The notes beneath the pieces are model-generated. The model ran no database searches. It saw only the letters and a program-made list of their open reading frames with translations, and had not been told where the DNA came from. A stretch of DNA of 64,000 bases from Octopus sinensis (lineage: Eukaryota): positions 65,472,001 through 65,536,000 of the forward strand of contig NC_043000.1 in NCBI RefSeq assembly GCF_006345805.1. The letters are read 5' to 3'. Below are positions 25,826 to 39,199 of the stretch, piece by piece (position 1 is the stretch's first letter; every line of letters starts with the position of its first letter). The position numbers and the translations under genes are program-made.

Positions 25826-26328
25826 TATTTATGCCCGCTTAAACGTGGATGTTCTGTTAGACCAAACTATACTGTGGTAGTTACCATGAAAGAAATTCTT
25901 ATATTGGTTTCTTGGTACAAAATAAACTCTTGTTTATATCGCTTTCGGGGAGATGAATTCCTGTTACCTCTAACGCCGAGACCACCATATCAGTAATTTC
26001 GACCTTGTTTGGTCTTGTCAATGATGGACATTCGACCGCTAGAGACAGCAGTGATTCATCTCCCCGCCAGCGATATATAAATTGACACTGCCAGAACAGG
26101 CATTTGCTGTCTTTAGCGGTCGAGTGTCCATCACTGACATGACCAAACAAAGTCGAAATTACTGATCTGATGGTCTCGGCGCTGGAGGTAGCAGGGATTT
26201 ACCTCCTCGAAAGCGATTTAAACATAAGTTCATTTTGCACCAAAAGCTAATATGAAAGTTTCTCTCATGGTAACGACCGCAGTATAGTTTGTTCTAATAG
26301 AACATCCACGTTTAAGTGGGGATAAATA
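25826..26328. mobile_element. Foldback/MITE with ~225-bp inverted arms
   Basis: 25826-26050 is the reverse-complement of 26105-26328 (e.g. CTTAAACGTGGATGTTCT/AGAACATCCACGTTTAAG); 54-nt spacer carries an extra subterminal motif. Confidence 0.85.
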
Positions 26329-26884
26329 GTTCTCAGTTTTAATACTGCTTCTGTCGCTAATATATATTTATTAGATAATACTTTAGTATATTTCATTTTT
26401 TTTCATAAACAAAAAATTGACTATTAGTACGCGTGTTCGTAAGCTTTGTTGCTTGTGTGTGCATGTATATCTATATTTAATATCTTGTCTGGTTAATGTG
26501 TGTTAGTGAATTGTGTGTGTGTGTGTGTGTGTGAACATACGTGCGAATGTGTGTTCGTGAATTTTGGATATGTAGGTGTGAATGTATGCATATTATCAGT
26601 CGATTTGATAACAATTTTCGTTCGGTCAGACTACATAAACGGTATTTGTAAAACTAAATTAAATCCCCATTCAGCCTGTTGTATGATTCCTATACAAAAT
26701 AAAGCACCACTCTGAATTATTTAATAGATTCCGCTTCAAATTACTCCCTAATTTTCTATACTTGTTGAGAGCTTCTCATGCTTCATGTGTGTGTGTGTGT
26801 GTGTTTGGATGCGTGTATGTTGCTGTATCTGTACATTTTGTGTATTTATGTATTGTGAATTATTATTATTATTATTATTATTAT

Positions 26885-27380
26885 AGTGCCGTCAAGCGCT
26901 CACAGCCCTCTGCCAGGCGGGCGATGCGGTCGGTGGTAGTTCTACTGTAGCGTTCTATAGAGGGCTAGTGGAGGGAAAGTGCGACGACGTCCTCGGGGAA
27001 ACTCTAGGTGTCGATGAAGATCAACGAATCGGTCTGTTTCGGAAAACTTCCGGGCCTGGGCCTATGGATAACTTCCAGAAATCCCTTGCCTGACAGTGCT
27101 ACCGAGGGGTACTGCCTGTTCGAGATAAACTTTACAGGCATGGAAGTGGCGCCAGCCGAGCCTGCCCTAGGTGCGCCCAGAACGATGAAACCGTTTTGCA
27201 CGCCCTAGGGTGAATATTGGAAGAATGGCGAGTGTGAAAGGACCAATTATGAGCGTGCGCCAATAATCAAAAAGAGAAGGGCTTTTGCCCTGTTGTTCAG
27301 GCATCCGTGGCTCTAGTGGTTTTTCCACGAGGTCCTTCAAGCGCCTCCCCTACTGGGAGTTTTAAATTGTTTAATTTTAA
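26885..27380 (+). mobile_element. Tx1/L1-clade LINE 3' fragment (zf-RVT region)
   Basis: FYRGLVEGKCDDVLGETLG...FQKSLA*QCYRGVLPVRDKLYRHGS...CPRCAQNDETVLHAL. Confidence 0.85.
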
Positions 27381-27511
27381 TTGTTATATTGTTTACACGT
27401 AAAACCCATTGTATCATCCTGTTTTTGTCTTTTATGTTGTATGTGTTTTAATGTAATTTTATGTAAGTTCTTGTGGCCAATAAACGAATTTATTATTATT
27501 ATTATTATTAT

Positions 27512-27905
27512 TGAGCTGGCAGAAACGTTAGCACGCCGGGCGAAATGCTTAGCAGTATTTCGTCTGCCGCTACGTTCTGAGTTCAAATTCCGCCGAGGTC
27601 GACTTTGCCTTTCATCCTTTCGGGGTCGATTAAATAAGTACCAGTTACGCACTGGGGTCGATATAATCGACTTAATCCGTTTGTCTGTCCTTGTTTGTCC
27701 CTTCTGTGTTTAGCCCCTTGGGGGTAGTAAAGAAATAGGTATTTCGTTCGCCGCTGCGTTCTGAGTTCAAAATCCGCCGAGGTCGATTTTACCTTTCATC
27801 TTTTCGGAATCGATTGAATAAGTACCAGTTACGCACTGGAATCGATGAAAACCATTCTTCTAAATTGTATCCCTAATGTAATCCATTCCCTTAAATTTCA
27901 GGCCT
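27512..27905 (+). mobile_element. Two tandem SINE family B units between (ATT)n tracts
   Basis: GAGCTGGCAGAAACGTTAGCACGCC...GTTCAAATTCCGCC; second unit restarts at about 27738. Confidence 0.85.
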
Positions 27906-27924
27906 TGTTCCTTTAGTAGAAAGG

Positions 27925-27977
<53 letters not shown>

Positions 27978-27978
27978 C

Positions 27979-28025
<47 letters not shown>

Positions 28026-28027
28026 TA

Positions 28028-28071
<44 letters not shown>

Positions 28072-28434
28072 GTGCAAGTGTAATAGATCTGCACTTTATA
28101 TTATGTAATAGCCCTATACTGGTCGCGTAGAACCTTATTGGATCACGCAGCAGAGGAAGTTCAACATGAAAACTATTAAGAGCCGCAACCAATACGGTAA
28201 TTTTGTCGCGCACCAAGCGTGTCCATTTCCTCTTCAATACACGCACGCACGCGCACACATACACACACACAGGCGCACACATACGTACACACATATACAC
28301 TCACAGACACACGCGCACACATACGTACACACATACGTACACACACGCAGAATCGCGCGCGCACACACACTCATATGCTTGCTTACATGCACTCACATAT
28401 GGATGTATGAATATGTGTGTATGAATATATATAT

Positions 28435-29660
28435 TTATATGTTGATGTGATATATCTTGACTTTGCAAAGGCCTTCGACAAAGTTGATCATGGCATTATA
28501 TGTCACAAGCTGCGAAACTTTGGTATAGCTGGTAAACTAGGAGAGTGGCTGCATGACTTCCTAAACAATAGAAGTCAGACAGTTACAGCCAATGGTGCAC
28601 TCTCTACGGAAACACAAATTTCGAGCGATGTTCCTCAGGGAACTACCTTAGGGCCATTACTGTTTATAGAAGCCCTCTTAGACATGCCCACAGTCATTCC
28701 AGTCATTCCACTTTCACTAGCTACGCCGATGATACAAAATTATCTCAGGCAATAAAGTATCCTAATGATGTCGTAAACCTGCAGAACGACCTAAATGCAA
28801 TATACAAGTGGGAAGAGCAACACAATAAGCAATTTAATGCTGAAAAATTTCAAGCATTGCGCTATAAGATCACAACTACTCCACAACCGGCATTTACAGG
28901 ACCTGGAGGTACTGCAATCCCAGAGTTACAAACAGTGAGAGACCTGGGCATCAGTATGTGTAATGATGCATCATTTCTCATGCACATTACCAAGTTGGCA
29001 GCAAAGTGCAGACAACTGGCGGGATGGATACTAAGGGCATTCAGGACAAGAGATCAGGAAGTCATATTGACTTTATGGAAGACCTTTGTCCTCAGCCACC
29101 TAGACTACTGTTCTCAGCTGTAGTCACCACACAGTGTCAAGCTAACGACGGAGCTTGAAGCAATCCTGCGTCACTACACTAAAAAGATTGCTGCAGTTCA
29201 ACAGATGAACTACAGGGAGAGATTGAAAGTACTACGACTCTACTCCCGAGAGCGCAGACGTGAGAGATATGTAATAATTTATATGTGGAAAATACTGGAA
29301 GGGCTAGGACCCAATTTTGTTATACGAATGCTCGTACTGGACGCCACTGCATAGAACCGAAGGTACCGTCCAATGCATCTAATATAAGAACCAGGTACTG
29401 TAATAGCCTAGGGTTCAGAGGACCACAGCTCTTCAATGCTCTGCCAAAGCAATTGAGAGCCTTACACGATATAGATGTTGAAGTCTTCAAAAAGAAACTG
29501 GATACTTTCCTATCCACAATACCAGACAAACTAATGGCTCGACATGAGGCACAGTTGAGGGCAGTAGTGTCAAATTCTACCATAAACCAGATGAGTTATC
29601 GACAATTTTGATGGGATCGCACTAGTCGGAGAAGAGGACCACGGAAGGATTGTGGAGAGG
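28435..29660 (+). mobile_element. CR1-clade LINE, 5'-truncated RT
   Basis: VDVIYLDFAKAFDKVDH...SDVPQGTTLGPLLF; YADD motif across a frameshift; RDLGI; SLGFRGPQLFNALP...FKKKLDTFL. Confidence 0.93.
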
Positions 29661-29869
29661 GTACAAAAATAAAGAATAATGAATCATGGTGGTGCTCCAG
29701 CATGACCGCAGCCACCTGGCTGAAACACATAAAAGAATAAAGATTATATATATATACACACACACACATACATACGCGCGCGCGCACGCACACATACAGA
29801 CACACACACACACATATATATATAGTAAATCCCCAAAAGAAGAACAAACACACACACACACACACAAAA

Positions 29870-30030
29870 ACAGCAACAACGCGAGGACGTGGTACATGTA
29901 AAGTATTAGCAGACGCTTAGTGAAGGAAAGAAAGATGGCTTAACTCTTCGAGCTCTTCTTCGGAAACAGAGGAAAGTCCAATATCCAATAGAAGGGAAGA
30001 CGGAAGAAAAAAATCGCCAACGATATATAC
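29870..30030 (-). mobile_element. Penelope-type pseudo-LTR (family 1), ribozyme core deleted
   Basis: Homologous to 23360-23540 and 22905-22990 (CCACGTCCTCGCGTTGTTG). Confidence 0.65.
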
Positions 30031-30047
30031 AGATATATACACGCACG

Positions 30048-30138
<91 letters not shown>

Positions 30139-32005
30139 ACTCTCACAAACTTCTGATCCTTCGTGTGCTATTGCTTTTGAGATTCTCTGCTGTTACCTCA
30201 CCACAGCTAATTGTTTCAATGTTTTCCAACTCTGCTGTTGTTACTTTCAATTTTCCCCTCATCCTTCTGTTGTCTAACTTCACACTTTTCTGGTTTCCTC
30301 TTTCTTATCCCTTACCTTTCCCTTCCTGCAGTCTCTCACTAATCCTTATTTGTTTATCATTCAACACCTGTTAAATTTACCCTCTTCTTTGTTTTCTTTT
30401 TCCCTTTTTTTTTTATTGTTTTTAAATCGATGAAAGTTTCTGCTAGAAACGTGTGACTTGCCGGCATAAAATTTATTTCCTACTGTTTGAATGATTTGTA
30501 CTAGCTTTTAGTCACGCAGATGAGACTTATACTTTCTTTTTTTATTCTGAAATTCAAACAAATGAACTTCAAATTAAAAGAACTGAAGTTGGAATTTAAA
30601 TAACTGAATTTCAAATTAAGATAAATGAATCTCAAATTAAAAGTAGAAAACCACGATTTGAATTATATGAACTTAAATCACATGAACCATTATTTATTAC
30701 AAACGAAAATCAATTTCAAATGTATGAAAATTAATTTAAAGCAAAACATCTTTTATATAAAACAAATAAAAGTATACATAATATGTATAAGATAAAAAAA
30801 AAAAATTAAGAATGAAGTTTATTCATAAATAATTGGAAAAGTATGAACTTTAATGCCGAATAACAAGTTAGGTTATCCATTACTTTTATCAATATTTAAG
30901 TTGGTGGGATAATATTTGAAGATTTGGTTGTTGTTTCTAACAGTTGGAACAACCCTATGGAAATAACTTTGTTGGTTATACTTATAATTAGAGACAGCCC
31001 TCCACCCTCTTTGTCTGTATACACAAACACCTATGTTATATGTATTTTGTTGCTCAGTTTCATAAACAAGAGTTATTGTTTCTTCTATTTCCAAAGACTT
31101 AAAACTGATTTTATGTGTAATATTTAATTACGCATTAATTATTAATTGGCTTTGAAATAATGAACTCTGTTGTTTGAATATGAAGTTCAGTCGTTTATAT
31201 TTTTGAGTGAAAATGTGTGGTCTCATCCGTTTCTACGGATGAGATTCATAGCAATATAAAACATGTTTATAAATTAAATCCAGATATTCTAATGCCGCGT
31301 TCTTTAAATCAAGGGAGACAACTTTTCTTTCAAATCAATTCAAAGGTTTCAATATAGGCGAATTTACATATTCGTCCACTCGATTTGATTTTCTGAACAC
31401 TTCTAGTTACTCAGAATCAATGGAGATTCAACAGGGTATAGGAGAATGTAGAATATTATCTCTATGAAAGATGAATGCTTTAAGCTGGCGGTTCGCAGAA
31501 TACAAATGACTATACTCTTTTGAAAATTCCCGAGGTGTGAAAATAGAAGTGGTTGAAAATAATATCAGAGATTTTCTTTATATTTTCATATAGCACCAAC
31601 ACATTTCCGTCTTCGCTTTGTACAATTTTGCGCTATGTGGACAAATAAAAAATTCCATCTTTAGTTAGTTCAGATGGCTTATGAGTAGCTGTAAAGACCT
31701 TACGAAGTAAAAGCTCTTATGCCAGAACAAACTAGTGTAACGGTATAGGGCATGATAAAATAGGGAAATGGATTAGCAGAGATTAGTAGCTTTAAAATGT
31801 GTTCAAGAAGACAAATATTTCAAATTTCCACTTTGGTGAAGTGAGAAGGCATGTGATGTAAGTGATGAAATCAAAACAATAAAACGCTAATAATTACGAT
31901 GTCATCATTATATAATAATATAACAGTTTCGTTACGCAATTAATGAATCATCTACTAATTGCTTTGCACAATACACACACACACACACTCACACACACAC
32001 ACACA

Positions 32006-32048
<43 letters not shown>

Positions 32049-32129
32049 TACTGTAAGAATGTGATATTTACAGGCCCTCAGCTATTCAACTGCCTACCTA
32101 AAACAATTCAGAAACATAAAAGGGACCTC

Positions 32130-32713
<584 letters not shown>

Positions 32714-32732
32714 TCGAAATATTTTAAGAAAC

Positions 32733-33062
32733 CAGTTGTTCTCAACCGTTTTTGTACCTATAGACCTCTTTGATTACTATCCTATTCTGGTAGACTCCCA
32801 TAGCCAGTTTTATAGGAAGTTCTTCCAAAATTTCTATTTTGTTATTCACACATTAACTTGTGAAGGTTGAACTAAGTAAAACATTTGAGAAAGAAATTTA
32901 GTTATTTCTTGCAATAACTACGTCTAAATCGAAACTTTTTCATGGACCCTTAAAATAGTACTGTGGACCACCAATTTACTATTTTACTTGCGTGGAACAC
33001 CCTAAAATCTGTATATGAAACCCCGCCCCAGAGATTGTATGAACTCCCGTTGAGAACCACTG
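32733..33062. mobile_element. hAT-type MITE (330 bp)
   Basis: TIRs CAGTTGTTCTCAAC / GTTGAGAACCACTG (13/14); 8-bp TSD decayed (TAAGAAAC vs TCATAGCC). Confidence 0.7.
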
Positions 33063-33493
33063 TCATAGCCAAAATATTTACTAACTACATAAGGGTATAC
33101 TCAAGGAAGATCAGCTGCTACTAACTCAATTATAAACCAACTTTCAACGTTAAAACTTCAACGAAACTGGAAAAAAGGTAATTATATACGTTTGAAAAAT
33201 AAAACCAAGGCAGTGCACCAGCGTGGCCGCAGTCTATTGATTGAAACCACTAAAAGAGTAAAAGACACGCGCACACATAGTTATGTAAACCTACGTAATA
33301 GAAACACAAACATGGCAAATTTAATCATCGCAGATTGAAGAAAATGATAAATTCCTTACTCGATGTTCGAACCCTGTCGAGTTCTTATCGTATGTGTATA
33401 CATCTTTTGACCAATCCCGGAGAAATAAGTTGTCAATCTATTTATATACTGCATACTAGCATGCATGCAAGCATCCATACATACTAACATAAA

Positions 33494-33527
<34 letters not shown>

Positions 33528-33619
33528 CGCGTGCGTGAGTGAGTGTCTGTGTGATATGTGTTTTTATTCATCAAGGGACCAAAGCAGCATACCATCCGAT
33601 GTTAAGGAGCCACGCTAGC

Positions 33620-34105
33620 CTAGCTCCACAAGTATCTAGGTCCTACTGTTACCCAAACGGCCGCACAAATGTCTTCTTTACGACAAGATTGCGCCCTTAG
33701 CAAAACCATCGTATTGAATGTTTTAAACATCATAGTCTGGCCAGCAATGATATATGGTTTGCAAAGTATTAACTGAAACAGAGGATGGCACCAAGGGACT
33801 GAGTGCGTCCGAGATAACGTGCTACGGTGGAAATAATGTTGACAGTCAGTAGGACGAACGATTTCAGTCCTGGAGGAGTTGGAAGCAGAAACGAAAGTCA
33901 GGTGGCAAAAATCAGGTGACAAAAAAACTAATCTTTTGGTCACATTATCTGGACCTAGAACCTTTGCGCCCACATCCTCGGGGGCTGGATAGACAGGAAA
34001 CGAGCTCACGGCGGACAATGAGGATCGTATCGAGGACAACATGGGGAGAACTCTGGCGAAGTGTATGGCTGCAGTTCGAGACAGCAGTGTATGGAAGGAC
34101 TGATG
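33620..34105 (+). mobile_element. RTE LINE C-terminal fragment
   Basis: IVWPAMIYG; ILGGWIDRKRAHGG; RTLAKCMAAVRDSSVWKD across frameshifts. Confidence 0.7.
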
Positions 34106-34109
34106 GCTG

Positions 34110-34455
34110 TGTCTGATACTCTGGACTCTGAGCCATTAGAAGGAGAATATTCAATTACTTATACATTCGATCATTCAGTCGTATAACCTGTCTACACCTC
34201 CATTGATATTGAAGTTTCCTGTAACTCTGAGCAGTTGCGAGTTTGAACATCTATCTCAATGAGTTTTTGTGGTGATCAGTTCAGAGAGCCAAATGTAGGC
34301 ATGATGGCAGGCACTATAAAGGTGTTGTGGGCTATTCTCATCTGGTTTAAGATACCTCCAGACTGTATAGGATGCATTGTCAAGCCGTTCATTCTATTAG
34401 GTTTTCAGAGGAGGGCACAGATTTTCCACGTTCTATTGTTAATAATGCACATTTG
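34110..34455 (-). mobile_element. R4/Dong LINE RT fragment
   Basis: SKCALLTIERGK; NTFIVPAIMPTFGSLN; IEIDVQTR...NGGVDRLY. Confidence 0.75.
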
Positions 34456-35008
34456 GACTCACCAAATTTAATTTCAATATCTATAGAACGAAATACCGTC
34501 TCGACAGAAGTAACGTCATAGAGGGACATCTATGGAATTCACCAGCAACACAATCGTCCCGTCCACCACTCTCTTATTTTCTCACTCGCTCATTTTTCGT
34601 TTCGAAATTATCACTCGATCTATTTAGTTACGCGGCTGCTAGAACGACAGGGAATAAGTAAGTCCAACGGTACCTACCCTTTTACAAGAAAATATAACTC
34701 TCGTTACCTCGTATGCTTTCCGACTTTTTTTATACACGCCTGCCCGTCGTCGTTTTGGCTTTAATTTATATGTAATGGTGAACTAAATATATTATCTACA
34801 ACTTCGGCCACGATCTTTCTTTCTGGGAGTCAGCATCAAAATCATCTTCACCTTTAACATAACGCTACTGTTACAGAATTTATCATTTTTTTAACCATAC
34901 AGATCTCCAATAACCCTCAACCTGATCTTTTTCTGGGGTGTATTTTACAGAGATTGAGCCTTTCGTACTGAAGCTGCGATAAACTGACTTGGGATCTCTA
35001 GCAAATAA

Positions 35009-35390
35009 CACTGGTCAAGTTGGAAAAGTTGTGTGCTTCTTAGTTAATTCTCATGTATTTTCATGTCTTGAATCCAAATATTACCTTCAGAAATACTTAC
35101 TAGCTATGGGCTTAAAGATACACGACATGTAATATTTGATTATTTTACTATAATGTACAATATGTGTCATTATATTTTAAGCTCGTCTGTATCTACTCTC
35201 TGCCTTTTTGCTTGACACTTATAGTGGATTGAAGAATCACCTCTTGCCAATGTCCAGCAATATTCTGCAAGCATTGTTGTACTCTTTGCTCTGGTACCGC
35301 TTTTCCATGGTTGAAATATCTTGGTGAAATCTTTCACCAAGTTCGTCACTAACTGTCCTACAGTTCGCTAGGGAAAAGTCTATCCTGGTC
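35009..35390 (-). mobile_element. DNA transposon 3' end, probably Chapaev3 (CMC)
   Basis: VSDELGERFHQDISTMEKRYQ...EYCWTL...YKCQAK, and a terminus beginning CACTG at 35009. Family assignment is from my recall of the SDEHGERFHQDI motif, not from a search. Confidence 0.6.
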
Positions 35391-35949
35391 GCCAATCTCG
35401 CACCCAAAACATAGGTGATATGCCATAGTAGTTATACGACGCATCTGAAATGCAAAGGACACCCCACCATAAATGTAACAGAAGTTGTCTGCCTTATTCA
35501 CACAAGTGCGAGGCATCTGAAAGAAGAAAATAACAAATAATTAGAAGATAAACAGAAAATTCATTCATAGATTCATCGTTATAATACTGAACATGACAAC
35601 TTACAAGTATTTATATCATTCAGTAGGAAAATAAAATTGATATAAAATGTCTCACATGCATATCAATAGCTTACTCAATTATAAGTTTCAAAAGTGTTTG
35701 ACTAGGAAAATCACCTACCTTTCACCTCAATACATAAACTTGCGCATGATAACCACCTCCTATAACTGCTGGGACAATACTGAATGGCAGTGGGACTGTG
35801 AGTGAGGTAAGAAACACATTGCCGCAAGCCTGTTGGAACCTGTAGTAACACGTACGTGTATCTTGAGAAATAGACATAACAAACAGTTTTAACCACGGCA
35901 TTCATTATCAGCGACCTAAAATTAGTTGGAAATTGCTACTCTGGTCTCA

Positions 35950-36955
35950 GAAGCATTTTGGTTGTTGACCAGTGTTTATTTGAGCATTTGTCGTTTAAAT
36001 ACTGTAGATTTATATTCTAGCCTTTTCAGCTGTAGCTGTGGATTGTTGGTTTAGTGATGCAATTTGGAGTTTAGGTTTTTGAATTTATATCTCCAAATAG
36101 CCGCTCTAGTTTTTTATTTTCTGAGATCCTCCTAATGTCGTGTGAATTTTTTCTCTCCTGTCTCATAACGATTTGTGAAATACTTTTTCATAGAAATAAA
36201 ACTATTTTTAAAGTTACGTGCTCATACTGGTTTAGGCTTTCTGTTTGAATCTCGACTGCATGGCTTCAGCTAGTGATATAATAGATGAGACATATATTAA
36301 AAGATTAATGGTTTGGTAAGTTGTTTTCATACCTCTGGACTGAGTGGTCAGCAGATGTTTGTTTGCTATTTTGTTTACTGTCGCTAATGTTAATTTATTG
36401 GGTACTTTATTTATACTGGTGTTGTATGGCCTGTCATTCAAATTAAGGTTGTAGACTTGTGAAAACATATAATCTCAGATCACTTGTAAGGCGTTCACAA
36501 GTTTCTGGTGTTCTTCTATTTGCACAGTATAGATATGGACTTCAGCTAAATTGTTGGTATTGTTTACAGCTAGATTTAGCCGACCGTCTCTTTTGTCCAA
36601 TTGTGGAAGTGGGACGAACGTCTTCAATGACTAGTTTTATAATAAAAGTCTGCATTTCCGTTATATGTATCAATTTATATCTAATGGTACGTTTTGCTTG
36701 TTCATTTAAATGTTCTGGGAAAAAATTTAATTCTGGGCGTTTGCAGTTCCACAAATCGTTTTAGCCTTTGCATAAAACCGAAATTTTGGCGATCAGATTG
36801 TATATATACTTCACATAAGTCTTTATTAGGATTGTAGGTCCATTGTGTACAGTGATTGTTGTCACGATTTGGTCGATGGAGACTTATACGTTTAGCCATG
36901 GTAATTTTGTCTGTTAACTGTTCAAAAATATAAAAACGCTCTTTAAAAGTTTCGT
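35950..36955 (-). mobile_element. R4/Dong LINE 5' ORF region (probably the same element as 34110-34455)
   Basis: QWTYNPNKDLCEVYIQSD...GFMQRLKR...HLNEQAKRTI matches the R4 N-terminal W...N..L..CY......GY..RM...W pattern; abuts (TATG)n at 36960. Confidence 0.65.
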
Positions 36956-36959
36956 ATGT

Positions 36960-37172
36960 ATTTATGTATGTATGTATTATGTATGTATGTATGTATGTAT
37001 GTATGTATGTATGTATGTATGTATGTATGTATGTATGTATGTATGTATGTATGTATGTATGTATGTTTGCATGTGTGTGTGTATGTATGTATGTATGTAT
37101 GTATGTATGTATGTATGTATGTATGTATGCATGTATGTATGTATGCATGTATGCTTGTATGTATGTATGCAC
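36960..37172. repeat. (TATG)n microsatellite, representative of many
   Basis: Other long tracts: (AT)n 16728-16778, 23550-23652, 47777-47972; (AC)n 22643-22757, 30051-30132; (ATT)n 27926-28072; (TATG)n 41110-41172, 41450-41630, 61755-61813; (CTA)n 52165-52272; compound TAG/CAG/TGG 60292-60451. These explain most low-complexity ORFs in the track. Confidence 0.98.
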
Positions 37173-37555
37173 ATGTCGACTTACCTTGTGTCCTGACATG
37201 AAGGGTGTGTTCTCGGTTAACAAATTTGTTCCGTTTGACACTGAAATGACTCAGAATGTCCTACTTATGGTTCAATGACTTCGCTATTACAACAGAAAAG
37301 TTGAAAATGTTGAAACCAACAAGGACTTGCCGTGCACGACTCAGCTCCAAACTAACCTACCCATATCATTGTTCAGTCTAAGACTAGCGCTGCGTGCCTT
37401 TACGAGAATTCCATTGTGTTTGTGATATACTTACGTCGGAACAGCAGTCTTAAGTCACAAGGGGAAAGTATAGTAGCCAAAAGATATTTCCCTTATCCCT
37501 GGATTGCGGGATTAGAACGGCTTATTCCCGAGATTACGAATATATTATTCAATTG

Positions 37556-38285
37556 ATAAGTGGTAAGTAGTTTGCTTCCCAACCACATGGTCCTGGGTTC
37601 AGTCCCATTGCGTGGTACTTTGGGTGAATGTCTTCTACTATAGCCTAGGGTCGACCAAAGCCTTGTGAGTGGATTTGGTAAACGGAAACTGAAAGAAGCC
37701 CGTCGTATATAAATGTATATGTATATGTTTATGTGTGTGTCTGTGTTTATTCCCCCGCCATCGCTTGACAACTGATGCTGGTGTACTTACGTCCCCGTAA
37801 CTTAGCGGTTCGGCAAAAGAGACTAATAGGGTAAGTACCAGGCTTACAAAGAGTTAGTTCTGGGGTCGATTTCATCGACTGAAACCCTTTTAGGCGGTGC
37901 TCCAGCATGGCCGCAGTCAAATGACTGTAACAAGTAAAAGAATATGAGCACAAGGCCTGAAACTTTGCCGGCGGCAATTGTACTCAGAACGTAAATCCGT
38001 AAGGAATGCAATTAAGCATTTTGTCCGGTATGCTAATGATTTTATCAGCTTGTCCCCTTACCATGTAATTGGTTTCACAATTTGGTAGAAGGCCAGCAAG
38101 TTAGGGGGAGGGCTTAAGTCGACTACATCGGCCCCAGTGCTCAGATAGTACTTATTTTATCGACACCGAAGGAATGAAAGGCAGAGTCGACTTCGGCGGA
38201 ATTTGAAATCAGAAAGTAAAGACGGACGAAGTGCTGCTCTGCATTTTGCTCGGTGTGCAAACGGTCTGCCAGCTCGCCGCCCCAA
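37556..38285. mobile_element. SINE family A (+, 37556-37945) followed by SINE family B (-, 37960-38285)
   Basis: Consensus heads and tails in opposite orientations. Confidence 0.8.
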
Positions 38286-38345
38286 CACATATAATAATTA
38301 TCATAACAACAACAACAGCAACAGAAGCAGCAGCAGCAGCAGCAG

Positions 38346-38382
<37 letters not shown>

Positions 38383-39199
38383 AACGGTCCCCTTTTCGCA
38401 CAAGGCCAACAATTTGTTTTTGGGCTGTATTTTGGTCGATTACATCAACTCCGGGCTCAGATGGTATTTATTTTATCGACACCGGAGGGATAAAAAGTAA
38501 AGTCGAGTTTACAGTTTCCTTACCTTATCTCTCATACATAATGAGCATGCCTAAGCTTGCTCCAACTCTTTAACTGTTTGAAGCTCGGAAACTTTTTATA
38601 GGAGCTAAAACCGTACACATTGCACGTAAGAAAATTTAGATTACAGAAAAAAAACTTGTTACTAGTCAAAATATGCTTATAACATGTTCGAACCCATAAA
38701 AAAGTTATTCACAGCATTTTGTCAAAGCGAAAACAAAATTTCGCTGTTGAAAAGGAGGTGTAGACACACCAAGTCAGTTCGGTGCGCCCTCCACCCAGAT
38801 CAATGGATACATGCATTTCGGAGTAGTTATCTCTCCTTCAGCATCGAACACTGGAAAGAGAAGCGTTCCGAACTGACTACTAGGAACCAAGTCTCTCTTA
38901 TTATGTTCCTGTCAAAGTACTGTGACTAGTTACGCTGATCGGCAGTCCGGCTATGATTAAATACGGATTAGAAGCGCTAAGCAGTGATGCATGCAAATAT
39001 AAACTCGTTACCAGTTCAATTAGACTCTTCTGGAATGGGCACAAATAGAGCCACTGGTGACGCCTGTTTGATTTTGGACAGTTGTAGGGTACAGGCTGTT
39101 AGATGTGGCAATAAAAGTGAGATTTGGGAGAATTATATCTTAAAGAAAGTTTCTAACTTCAGCTGTTTCCCGCTCTGACATTGCTTCTTAATCAAAATT

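Noticed and set aside
30420-30460. TCGATGA...GAAACGTGTGAC hammerhead-like words
   Set aside because: Core and stems too degenerate to support.
31221-31248. 10-bp perfect hairpin TCTCATCCGT-TTCT-ACGGATGAGA with GATGA/GAAA-like words
   Set aside because: Cannot be arranged into a hammerhead core; isolated hairpin of unknown meaning.
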